From Alphaproteobacteria bacterium (GTDB lineage Bacteria; Pseudomonadota; Alphaproteobacteria; CACIAM-22H2), in contig WGNX01000003.1 in NCBI GenBank assembly GCA_016124335.1, forward strand, positions 6,747 to 70,746: a DNA stretch of 64,000 nt, read 5' to 3'. Under the pieces are notes generated by a model. The model saw only the letters and a program-made list of their open reading frames with translations, ran no database searches and was not told where the DNA came from. Both the position numbers and the translations under genes were made by a program. This document shows, in pieces, positions 18,690 through 27,150 of the stretch. How positions within the stretch are numbered: position 1 is the first letter of the stretch; each line of letters starts with the position of its first letter.

Positions 18690-19469
18690 ATGACCGACCA
18701 GACCTGCCGCGACATGCGAGTACTTGTCACTGCCGGAGCAGCCGGCATCGGCCGCGCGATCGCCGGCGCGTTCGTCGCAGCCGGCGCCCGGATCGCGGTT
18801 TGCGACATCGATGACGCTGCGCTGGCCGAATTCCGGCAGGAACTGCCCGGACACGCCGCATTCGAATGCGATGTGTCGAGCGAAGACGAAGTCGCCGAAC
18901 TATTCGAGGATGTGGCTGAACATCTGGGGGGGCTTGATGTCCTCGTCAACAATGCCGGCATTGCCGGCCCGACCGGCCCCGTCGAATCGCTGTCGCTCGA
19001 AGACTGGCGCCGGACGATGGAGGTGAATGTCGAAGCACAGTTCCTGTGCGTACGACGAGCCGTTCCGATGCTGCGGGCGTCCGGCGGCGGCGCGATCGTC
19101 AATCTCTCCTCGGCCGCCGGGAAATTCGGGTTCGCCCACCGCACCCCCTACTCGTCCAGCAAATGGGCGGTCGTGGGGTTCACGAAAAGCCTGGCGATCG
19201 AGCTTGGCCCCGACAATATCCGCGTCAACGCCGTCCTTCCCGGCGCAGTCGACGGCCCGCGAATCCGACGCGTGATCGAGGCCAAAGCCAAGTCGACCGG
19301 AATTCCGCTTGCGGAAATGGAAAAGCTTTACACGCGCCAAGCATCGCTCGGGCGGATGGTCGACGCCGACGATATCGCACGGATGGTCGTTTTCTTGGCT
19401 GGCCCCGGCGGGCGCAATATTTCAGGCCAGGCCCTATCGATCGACGGCGATACGCAGGCGCTGGTCTGA
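18690..19469 (+). CDS. SDR-family oxidoreductase
   Basis: 'VLVTAGAAGIGRAIA' (TGxxxGxG) and 'YSSSKWAVVG' (YxxxK). ATG at 18690 follows AGGGGAAG; the track start at 18672 is less likely. Confidence 0.88.
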   Translation: MTDQTCRDMRVLVTAGAAGIGRAIAGAFVAAGARIAVCDIDDAALAEFRQELPGHAAFECDVSSEDEVAELFEDVAEHLGGLDVLVNNAGIAGPTGPVESLSLEDWRRTMEVNVEAQFLCVRRAVPMLRASGGGAIVNLSSAAGKFGFAHRTPYSSSKWAVVGFTKSLAIELGPDNIRVNAVLPGAVDGPRIRRVIEAKAKSTGIPLAEMEKLYTRQASLGRMVDADDIARMVVFLAGPGGRNISGQALSIDGDTQALV

Positions 19470-19473
19470 AGCG

Positions 19474-19905
19474 CTATTTCTTCGTCAGGTCGTGCACGAG
19501 CGCCAGCGGCGCCTGATCGCGCGCAGCCGAAGATTCTTCGACGCGCTGGATGTGCCCGTCGACCTGCGCTTCCTGTTCGACCGTCAGCGTCTCGTAGCGG
19601 ATATCGCCGACGACCTGCGCCGTACGGCCCAGATCGATCGCCTTTGCGCGGATCGGCCCGAACACCTTGCCAAGGACGCGGACACGTTCGGCCGCGATCT
19701 CGCCGCGGACTTCACCCGTGGCGCCGATTGTCAGCGACTTGGTTCGGATTACCCCTTCCACGCGGCCATCGAGCTGGATGTCGCCTTCGCAATTGATGTC
19801 GCCTTTCAGCGACAGGCCCGACGAAATGATCGACGGCAGCGCAGGATTTGCGGCGGCCTTCTGGGCGCGGGCTTCGGGAGCGATCTTATTCGACTTTCCG
19901 AACAT
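19474..19905 (-). CDS. bactofilin (polymer-forming cytoskeletal protein)
   Basis: Inner ATG (MFGKSNKI...). Beta-helical repeat 'GDINCEGDIQLDGRVEGVIRTKSLTIGATGEVRGEI...'. Start overlaps the M23 gene 3' end by 20 nt. Confidence 0.85.
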   Translation of the reverse strand: MFGKSNKIAPEARAQKAAANPALPSIISSGLSLKGDINCEGDIQLDGRVEGVIRTKSLTIGATGEVRGEIAAERVRVLGKVFGPIRAKAIDLGRTAQVVGDIRYETLTVEQEAQVDGHIQRVEESSAARDQAPLALVHDLTKK

Positions 19906-21211
19906 TGCGTGCAGCCTCCAGAAAACGGATTGGATCGACGGGACGACCGTCGACGAGGACTTCGTAGTGGACATGCGGCCCGGTGCTTCGACCGGTGGAC
20001 CCGAGCAGGCCGATGGACTGGCGACGCTCGATCCGCTGCCCGACGCGTACGTCGATGCGCGTCAGGTGACCATAGCGGGTCGAAAGGCCGAAATCATGCT
20101 CGATTTCGACCAGATTGCCATATTCGCCGCTCCACCCCGCCGTCACGACCTTGCCGGCCGCCGTCGCCAGAACCGGCGTACGCGACGGCGCGGACAAATC
20201 GATACCGCTATGCATCGCGAGCTGGCCGTTGAACGGATCACGGCGCATGCCGAACGGGCTCATGACGTTAAATTCGTCGAGCGGGGCGCGCAACGGCAGG
20301 CGCCGGATCGCCGCGCGCATGTCGCGCAACCTTTCAAGGTCCGAGCCAAGCGAGGCCAGAAGCAGGCTCGGATCGGACGTGGCACGCTCGTTTGCGGGAA
20401 CCACGAACGGGCCACCGGCATTGCGGCCCTTGGAACCCAGCACCCGTTCCGGCTGTAGGCCGGCAGTCCGCAGGACGCGCGCGATCGCGTCGATCTGGGC
20501 GCGCGTACTGCCGGTGATCTCGGCAAGCGCCGCATCCTGCGCGCGCGCAGCATCGCGATCGACTTCGCGCAGGCTTGCAAGGTCGCCGGTCGTCGCCCGA
20601 TGCTCGAGCGCAAGCCGCCGCGCCTCGACGGCGAGCCGTCCGCGTTCGGCCAACGCCTCGATGCGCACGCGCTCGAGCGCCGCGACCCTCTCCGCAGCAC
20701 TCGCCGCATCCGGCGCGCGGCCGGCAAGGCGTGCTTCGACACCGCGCAGACGTTCCATCAGGCCTTCGTGCGTCTCGATCGCGCGCTCGCGCTCGTTTTC
20801 CGCCGCCGCAAGGCCATGTTCGATTTCCGCCATCCGTTCGGTCAGGCGATTTCGCTGCTCGATCAGTCCGGCGACGGCTTCCGCCGCTTCAGCGCGGCCC
20901 CGCTCCGTGGCGCGCGCGAGCGCTTCGCCAAGTTCTTCCAGCCGCGTCCGGTGGTCGTCCTGCAGGCGGACGACGTCCAGCGTGCGCTGGTCGATTTCCT
21001 GAAGGGCGGCGCGATAGCTGTTGGCAGCAACGCCGACGAGTGCCGTCACGATCAAAACCAATGCGGCGGCAAATCGCTGGATGCCGGCCGAGATCGATAT
21101 GAGCCGGACCGTTCCATCGGTCCGCATCAGGACTTCGCGCGGCCTGAACAGACCCGCGTCGACCCGCGCGAGCCATGACAATTCTGACCGATTTGGCCCC
21201 CGCTGCTCCAT
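19886..21211 (-). CDS. bitopic M23-family metallopeptidase with long coiled-coil (LmdC-like)
   Basis: 441 aa. N-terminal tail, then TM 'AAALVLIVTALVGVAA', then about 200 aa of Ala/Glu/Arg/Leu-rich coiled coil. Intact M23 motifs 'AMHSGIDL' and 'GSTGRSTGPHVHYEV'. Confidence 0.88.
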   Translation of the reverse strand: MEQRGPNRSELSWLARVDAGLFRPREVLMRTDGTVRLISISAGIQRFAAALVLIVTALVGVAANSYRAALQEIDQRTLDVVRLQDDHRTRLEELGEALARATERGRAEAAEAVAGLIEQRNRLTERMAEIEHGLAAAENERERAIETHEGLMERLRGVEARLAGRAPDAASAAERVAALERVRIEALAERGRLAVEARRLALEHRATTGDLASLREVDRDAARAQDAALAEITGSTRAQIDAIARVLRTAGLQPERVLGSKGRNAGGPFVVPANERATSDPSLLLASLGSDLERLRDMRAAIRRLPLRAPLDEFNVMSPFGMRRDPFNGQLAMHSGIDLSAPSRTPVLATAAGKVVTAGWSGEYGNLVEIEHDFGLSTRYGHLTRIDVRVGQRIERRQSIGLLGSTGRSTGPHVHYEVLVDGRPVDPIRFLEAARNVRKVE

Positions 21212-21469
21212 GCCCCGACTTAAACCTGCTCGCTCGTTTCACGTTGATCGTCAGGGAGCGTCGCGGCCCCGATGGCGATTCCGTCAATTTGACGGCGGAT
21301 GATGCCGATTCAGACCAACCCGTTCAAGCAAGCCATTGGCCAATGTATGTGAAATTAGACAGTCTTTTGATTGCAGGATTTTTTACGCGAACAGTGACGG
21401 ACAACTGACTGAATCCACGTCAATTCCAAAATTGCAAAAGACACATGCTGTGGATAACTCGAGAACAAA

Positions 21470-22267
21470 TTAAGCGGTGTTTCGGCTTTGTCGTGCGCCC
21501 GCGAACGCAAGCATCACGACCGCGAGCACCATGATCGTCGCAAGCGCATTGATCTGCGGCGACAGACCCAGGCGGACACTGGAGTAAACGAGCATCGGCA
21601 GCGTCGTCGATCCGGGGCCCGACACGAAGCTGGCAACGACAAGATCGTCGAGCGAAAGCGTAAATGCCAGCAACCACCCCGCAACGACCGCCGGCAGAAG
21701 CAGCGGCAGGGCTACCCGCGCAAATGCCCGGACAGGACCTGCACCAAGGTCGAGCGCAGCCTCCTCGAGCGCCGGGTCAAGCCCGCGTAGCCGGGCTTCC
21801 ACGATCACGGCGACGAATGCGGTGCCATAGGTCGCATGCGCAAAAGCGATGACGAGGAACCCGCGTTCGGCGGGCCAACCGACGAGCCGGTCGAGCGTCG
21901 TAAACGTCATCAGCATCGAAAGGCCGAGGATCACCTCCGGCAACACCATCGGTGACAACAGCAGCAGGGCGAAGAGCGTGCGCAGGCGAAAGCGGCCGAA
22001 GCGCCCCATCGAATAGCCGGCGAGCGTTCCGAATACCGCAGACAGCGAAGCGGCAACGGCCGCGACCGACAGGCTCAGGCCGGCGGCATCGAGCATGCGG
22101 CCATTCGACATCAGTTCGCCGTACCAGCGGGTCGAAAAGCCGGCCCAGACCGTCACGAGGCGGCTTTCGTTGAAACTGAACAGGACGAGCAGGAGAATCG
22201 GCAGGTAAAGGAACGCAAAGCCTGCAGCCAGCGCCGCGGGGACCCACGACAAGGCGGTCGGCCGCAT
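21470..22267 (-). CDS. ABC transporter permease (PotI/PotC-like)
   Basis: Inner ATG (MRPTALSW...) of over-extended track ORF 21470..23206; 1-nt overlap with the upstream stop; 6 TM, EAA-like 'LEEAALDLGAGPVRAF'. Confidence 0.88.
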   Translation of the reverse strand: MRPTALSWVPAALAAGFAFLYLPILLLVLFSFNESRLVTVWAGFSTRWYGELMSNGRMLDAAGLSLSVAAVAASLSAVFGTLAGYSMGRFGRFRLRTLFALLLLSPMVLPEVILGLSMLMTFTTLDRLVGWPAERGFLVIAFAHATYGTAFVAVIVEARLRGLDPALEEAALDLGAGPVRAFARVALPLLLPAVVAGWLLAFTLSLDDLVVASFVSGPGSTTLPMLVYSSVRLGLSPQINALATIMVLAVVMLAFAGARQSRNTA

Positions 22268-23121
22268 CACGTTCCGCGGATCCGGTAGCGATCGAACAGC
22301 AGGATCGGCCCGGCAAGGATGCCTGCAAGCGCCGTCGCGATCGCGCAGGCGACCGGCCAATCGCGGTTCTGGAAGAATTCGAGCCATAGAATCCGCCCGA
22401 TCATCTGCGTGTCGGGCCCGCCGAGAAGGTCGGGGATGACGAACTCCCCGCATGCCGGAATGAACACCATCAACGCACCCGCGATCGCGCCGGGAACCGA
22501 CAGCGGAAACGTCACGCGCCAGAACGCGCGAACCGGCGCGGCCCCGAGGTCGTGCGCCGCCTCGACCAACGCTGCGTCGATCCGCTCGATCGTCGCATAG
22601 AGCGGCAGGACCATGAACGGCAGATAGGCGTAAACGATGCCAAGATGCACCGCAAACGCGTTTGCGATCAGCGCCAATGGTTCGTCGATCAGCCCCAGCG
22701 CCTGAAGCGCCGAATTGATGTAGCCGGCCGGGCGCAGGAGCCCCATCCACGCATAGACGCGGATCAGGAATGACGTCCAGCAAGGCAGGACGACAAGGAA
22801 CAGCAGGCGCACGCGCCGGCTCCGGGGGGCGCGCGCGATCGCAAGTGCCATCGGGTATCCGATCGCAAGACAGATCGCGGTCGATGTCGCCGCAATGCGT
22901 ACCGACCTTGCAAAGGCCTCGACGTAAAGCGGATCGCCGGCCACGAGCGCGTAGTTGGTGAAATTCAATGCCCAGTCGAACGGCGGTGCCGCCTGGGTCG
23001 CTTCGCCGAGACTGATTGCGGCAACGAGCCCGAGCGGTAGCGCGACCGTTGCCACCAGCCACGCGAACGCCGGTACGACGAACATCCGCCGGGCGCGCCG
23101 TATCCATGGTGCCTCGCTCAT
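22267..23121 (-). CDS. ABC transporter permease (PotH/PotB-like)
   Basis: Inner ATG (MSEAPWIRRARR...) giving an ATGA overlap with the ATPase stop; 'VEAAHDLGAAPVRAF'. Confidence 0.88.
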   Translation of the reverse strand: MSEAPWIRRARRMFVVPAFAWLVATVALPLGLVAAISLGEATQAAPPFDWALNFTNYALVAGDPLYVEAFARSVRIAATSTAICLAIGYPMALAIARAPRSRRVRLLFLVVLPCWTSFLIRVYAWMGLLRPAGYINSALQALGLIDEPLALIANAFAVHLGIVYAYLPFMVLPLYATIERIDAALVEAAHDLGAAPVRAFWRVTFPLSVPGAIAGALMVFIPACGEFVIPDLLGGPDTQMIGRILWLEFFQNRDWPVACAIATALAGILAGPILLFDRYRIRGT

Positions 23122-24065
23122 TGCGGCAAAGCCCGTTCGGCGTCGGCCGGCCAACCGAAGGCAACCGTCGCGCCGTTTTCCGGCGCACCGTCGCTGCCCG
23201 CAACACTTGCCGTCATTCGGCCAAGCGGGCTGTCGATGAAAATGAGCCGCCGTTCGCCGAGAAAGGCGCATTCGCGCACGATGCCCGAATGCGGGCCCGC
23301 GCCGAGCGCAACACGTTCCGGCCGGACCGCGATCCATGCCCCGCCGCGCTCGAACATGTTGATACGGCCAACGAACTCGGCAACGAAGCGTGTCGCCGGC
23401 CGATCGTAGATTTCCGCCGGTGCACCGACCTGCACGATCCGGCCGCCCTGCATCACGCCGATCCGGTCCGAGATCGCCATCGCCTCGTCCTGGTCATGCG
23501 TCACGAACACGAACGATATTCCGAGCCGCGCCTGCAACTCGACGAGTTCAAGCCGGGTCTCCTCGCGCAACTTCGCATCGAGTGCCGAAAGCGGCTCATC
23601 CAAAAGCAGGACCTTGGGATGACGGGCCAACGCGCGCGCAATGGCGACACGCTGGCGCTGCCCGCCGGACAGCTGCGACGGCCTTCGCGCCGCAAGCCCG
23701 TCGAGCCGGACAAGTGCAATCATCTCCGCCACGCGCGCTTCCCGATCGGCTTTCGACATCGCGAGCGTTTCAAGTCCGAAAGCGATGTTCCCGGCGACAC
23801 TCAAATGCGGGAAGAGCGCGTAACTCTGGAAGACCGTGTTGACCGGCCGCAGCCACGGGGCAAGCCCCGTCACATCCTGTCCGTCGAGAAGGATTCGCCC
23901 TTCGTCCGGCACCTCGAAGCCGCCGATGCAGCGAAGCAGCGTCGTCTTTCCGCACCCCGACGGGCCGAGCAGGCAGAATATCTCGCCCTGCGCGATTTCA
24001 AGATCGACGCCGTCGACGGCCAGCACGCCGCCAAAGCGCTTCGCAAGCCGTTCAATCCGGATCAA
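23118..24065 (-). CDS. ABC transporter ATP-binding protein (PotG/PotA-like)
   Basis: 315 aa; 'LLGPSGCGKTTLLR', 'LSGGQRQRVAIARAL'. Confidence 0.9.
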   Translation of the reverse strand: MIRIERLAKRFGGVLAVDGVDLEIAQGEIFCLLGPSGCGKTTLLRCIGGFEVPDEGRILLDGQDVTGLAPWLRPVNTVFQSYALFPHLSVAGNIAFGLETLAMSKADREARVAEMIALVRLDGLAARRPSQLSGGQRQRVAIARALARHPKVLLLDEPLSALDAKLREETRLELVELQARLGISFVFVTHDQDEAMAISDRIGVMQGGRIVQVGAPAEIYDRPATRFVAEFVGRINMFERGGAWIAVRPERVALGAGPHSGIVRECAFLGERRLIFIDSPLGRMTASVAGSDGAPENGATVAFGWPADAERALPQ

Positions 24066-24076
24066 CGCCGATCGCC

Positions 24077-25171
24077 TCAGCGACCGGCGGTGACGCGGGT
24101 CCAGGCACGCGTGCGCAAGCGCTCGTAATCGAGCTTGGCGGGCGTGATCGTGTAAAGCCGTGCGCGGATTTCATCCGGCACGAACACGGTCGGGTCGTCG
24201 CGGACTTCGGGGCGAACGAGCCGGCGCGAGGCGGGCACGGCATTCGGATAGCCGACCGCATCGGAATTGAGCGCGGCGATCTCGGGCCGAAGCATGAAAT
24301 CGACGAACCTGTGTGCGGCATCGACGTTGCGCGCGTCCGCCGGGATCGCCCAGACGTCGTTGGCAAGCTGCGCGCCTTCCTGCGGAATCGCGTATTCGAT
24401 GCGCACCTCGCGCTTCTTCGCCTCCACCGCGCGCGCGGCCGCCTGCTTGATGTCGCCCGAGTAACCGAACACGAGGCACGCATCGCCGTTCGCGAGATCA
24501 TTGATGTACTCCGACGAGTGCCACTTGCGGACATAGGGCCGGATCTTCATCACGAGATCGGTCGCCTTCTTGAGGTTTTCGGGCGATTTCGAATCCGGGT
24601 CGAGATTGAGGTAGGCGAGCGCCGCCGGAAACACGTCGGTCGGCGAATCAAGGATGACGACACCGCACGACTGGAAGCGCTTGATGATTTCCGGATCGAA
24701 GATCATCCGCAGCGAATAGACCGGCGCGTCGGCCATGATCCGGCTGATCCGCTCGATGTTGTAGCCGATGCCGGTCGTGCTCGCGAGATGCGGGATACCG
24801 TAGCGGTTGCCCGGGTCGGCGCGCTCGAGCTGCTTCAGGACGACCGGATCGATATTCTTGAAATTGGGCAGCTTGGCGCGATCGAACGGCTGATAGAGAT
24901 GTGCCGGAATCTGCTGGGCAAGGAAGGGCGAAGCCGTCGGCACGACGAGATCGTAACCGGACCGTCCGGCACGAAGCTTGGCGTCGAGCGTCTCGTTTGA
25001 ATCGTAGGTGTCGTAGACGACCTTGATGCCTGTTTCCTTCTGGAACCGGTCGAGCGCCTCCTGCGAGACATAGTCGTTCCAGTTGTAGATGTTGAGCGTG
25101 CCCTGCGCACGAACCTCGGTCGCTGCGAACGCGGCGACGACGGTCAGGCCGGCGATCCATCCCTTGCGCAT
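24077..25171 (-). CDS. periplasmic polyamine-type substrate-binding protein (PotF/PotD family)
   Basis: 364 aa; signal peptide; hallmark 'LNIYNWNDYV'; strong SD GAAGGAG. Confidence 0.9.
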   Translation of the reverse strand: MRKGWIAGLTVVAAFAATEVRAQGTLNIYNWNDYVSQEALDRFQKETGIKVVYDTYDSNETLDAKLRAGRSGYDLVVPTASPFLAQQIPAHLYQPFDRAKLPNFKNIDPVVLKQLERADPGNRYGIPHLASTTGIGYNIERISRIMADAPVYSLRMIFDPEIIKRFQSCGVVILDSPTDVFPAALAYLNLDPDSKSPENLKKATDLVMKIRPYVRKWHSSEYINDLANGDACLVFGYSGDIKQAAARAVEAKKREVRIEYAIPQEGAQLANDVWAIPADARNVDAAHRFVDFMLRPEIAALNSDAVGYPNAVPASRRLVRPEVRDDPTVFVPDEIRARLYTITPAKLDYERLRTRAWTRVTAGR

Positions 25172-25270
25172 GGTCGATTCTCCTTCAATGCCCGCCGGAA
25201 AGAGACGTTATGCGAGCACCGCTTGTCAATGCAGCAGGCCATTGCGCAGCGTGGCGGGAAGCGTCGGTTT

Positions 25271-25286
25271 TGGCTACTGTCTTGCA
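25271..25286 (+). promoter_or_regulatory. candidate sigma-54 (-24/-12) promoter for allophanate hydrolase operon
   Basis: TGGCTA-CTGTC-TTGCA: 9/11 match to TGGCAC-N5-TTGCA with exact GG-N10-GC spacing, 50 nt upstream of the ATG at 25336. Confidence 0.5.
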
Positions 25287-25302
25287 TAGCGTGTGTCTTG
25301 CA
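25271..25302 (+). repeat. two abutting 16-nt direct repeats (12/16 identical), each ending TGTCTTGCA
   Basis: TGGCTACTGTCTTGCA / TAGCGTGTGTCTTGCA read directly from the sequence. Confidence 0.9.
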
Positions 25303-25335
25303 TCGCATGAGAAAACGCACGGAACCCGATCGACT

Positions 25336-27150
25336 ATGCCTGACAGTCTGGATTTCACGTCCCTTCGCACGGCCTACGCGAGCGGAGCCGACCCGCAGGC
25401 CATGGTCGAAAGCGTCTATTCGCGAATCGCCGCGCGCGGCAATGATCCGACCTGGCTGCATGTCGTCCCGATGGAACGTGCGCTCGAAGCCGCGCGGGCG
25501 CTTGCCGACATTCCCCGGACATCCCCGCTTTGGGGCATTCCGTTCGCCATTAAAGACAACATCGATCTTGCCGGCGCGCCGACGACGGCCGCCTGCCCGG
25601 CATTCGCGTACACGCCGGACCGGTCGGCCCGTGTCGTCGAGCGATTGATCGCCGCCGGCGCCATCCCGATCGGCAAGACCAATCTTGACCAGTTCGCGAC
25701 CGGGCTCGTCGGCGTGCGTTCGCCCTATGGCGTGCCCGAGAACACCTTTGACCGCCGCTACATTCCCGGCGGCTCGTCGTCCGGATCGGCAACGGCCGTG
25801 GCCGCGGGGCTTGTGTCGTTTGCACTTGGAACGGACACGGCCGGCTCCGGTCGTGTACCGGCGGGGTTCAACAACCTTGTTGGACTCAAGCCGACGAAGG
25901 GGCTGCTGTCGACGACCGGTCTTGTTCCGGCATGCCGCACGCTCGATGTAATTTCGGTCTTAGCACTTACCGTTCCCGACGCGCTTGCGGCGACCCGCGC
26001 CGCCGCCGGCTTCGATCCGGCGGATCCCTATTCGCGTGCGGAATCGGCAACGACGTCGCTCGACCTTCCCATGGCGCCGGCCGCGTTCCGGTTCGGCGTC
26101 CCAAAGGCGTCGCAATTGCGCTTCTTCGGCGACGTCGAGGCCGAGCGCCAGTACGGGCTTTCCCTCAAGCGGCTAGCCGAGCTTGGCGGACAGCAGATCG
26201 ATATCGACTATGAGCCCTTCCGCGAAACAGCCGACCTGCTCTACGAAGGCCCGTGGGTCGCCGAGCGATACGCGGCGATCGAACGCCTGATGCAGACAAA
26301 CCCCAAAGCGGTCCACCCGACGACGCGTGCAATCATCGGCAAGGCCGGAAATTTCAACGCTGTCGCGACATTCCGGGCGCTCTACCGGCTTGAGGAACTG
26401 AAACGGCGAAGTGCGGCGGTCTGGTCAGGTATCGACGTCATGGCGCTGCCGACCAGCGGCACGATCTTTACACTCGAACAGCTTGCGGCCGAGCCGATCC
26501 GACACAACACCGAACTTGGCTACTACACGAATTTTGTCAATCTGCTGGACCTGTCGGCGCTCGCGGTTCCTTCCGGCATGCGCGCCGACGGACTGCCGAC
26601 CGGGATCACGTTGATCGGGCCTGCCTGGCACGATGCCTGGCTTGCCGGACTGGGCCATGCCTTTCACCGCTCGACGGGCCTTATGCTGGGTGCCACCGGC
26701 ATCGCCCAGCCGGCATCAAATGCGCCGGCCGCCGCCGCAAAGTTGTCGGCCGACGACCGCGTCCGGTTGGCGGTCGTCGGCGCGCATCTATCCGGCATGC
26801 CACTCAATTCCCAGCTCCTTGATCGAGGGGGCAGGCTTGTCCGCACGGCACGCACTGCGTCCAGCTATCGCCTGTTCGCCCTTGCCGATACGGCGCCGCC
26901 AAAGCCGGGCCTCGAGCGCATAGCCACAGGCGGACGCGGGATCGAGATCGAGATCTGGGACATGCCGGTTGCCGAATTCGGGGCATTCGTGGCCCTCGTT
27001 CCGCCCCCCCTTGCGATCGGCTCGATCGAGATCGATGATGGCAGCTGGTGCAAGGGATTCGTCTGTGAGCCGGCTGCCCTGCGGACGGCGAAGGACATTA
27101 CCCGCTACGGGGGGTGGCGCGCCTACATGCAAGACATCGCGCAACAATGA
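25336..27150 (+). CDS. atzF: allophanate hydrolase
   Basis: Inner ATG (MPDSLDFTSLRTAY...) of track ORF 25210..27150. 604 aa; amidase signature 'GGSSSGSATAVAAGLVSFALGTDTAGSGRVPA' plus a C-terminal extension of about 150 aa, typical of AtzF/AH. Confidence 0.85.
   Translation: MPDSLDFTSLRTAYASGADPQAMVESVYSRIAARGNDPTWLHVVPMERALEAARALADIPRTSPLWGIPFAIKDNIDLAGAPTTAACPAFAYTPDRSARVVERLIAAGAIPIGKTNLDQFATGLVGVRSPYGVPENTFDRRYIPGGSSSGSATAVAAGLVSFALGTDTAGSGRVPAGFNNLVGLKPTKGLLSTTGLVPACRTLDVISVLALTVPDALAATRAAAGFDPADPYSRAESATTSLDLPMAPAAFRFGVPKASQLRFFGDVEAERQYGLSLKRLAELGGQQIDIDYEPFRETADLLYEGPWVAERYAAIERLMQTNPKAVHPTTRAIIGKAGNFNAVATFRALYRLEELKRRSAAVWSGIDVMALPTSGTIFTLEQLAAEPIRHNTELGYYTNFVNLLDLSALAVPSGMRADGLPTGITLIGPAWHDAWLAGLGHAFHRSTGLMLGATGIAQPASNAPAAAAKLSADDRVRLAVVGAHLSGMPLNSQLLDRGGRLVRTARTASSYRLFALADTAPPKPGLERIATGGRGIEIEIWDMPVAEFGAFVALVPPPLAIGSIEIDDGSWCKGFVCEPAALRTAKDITRYGGWRAYMQDIAQQ

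Noticed and set aside
21175-21408. 77-aa plus-strand ORF in the M23 upstream region.
   Set aside because: It overlaps the M23 start, has no SD, has poor codon bias in its AT-rich part, and matches no recognisable family.
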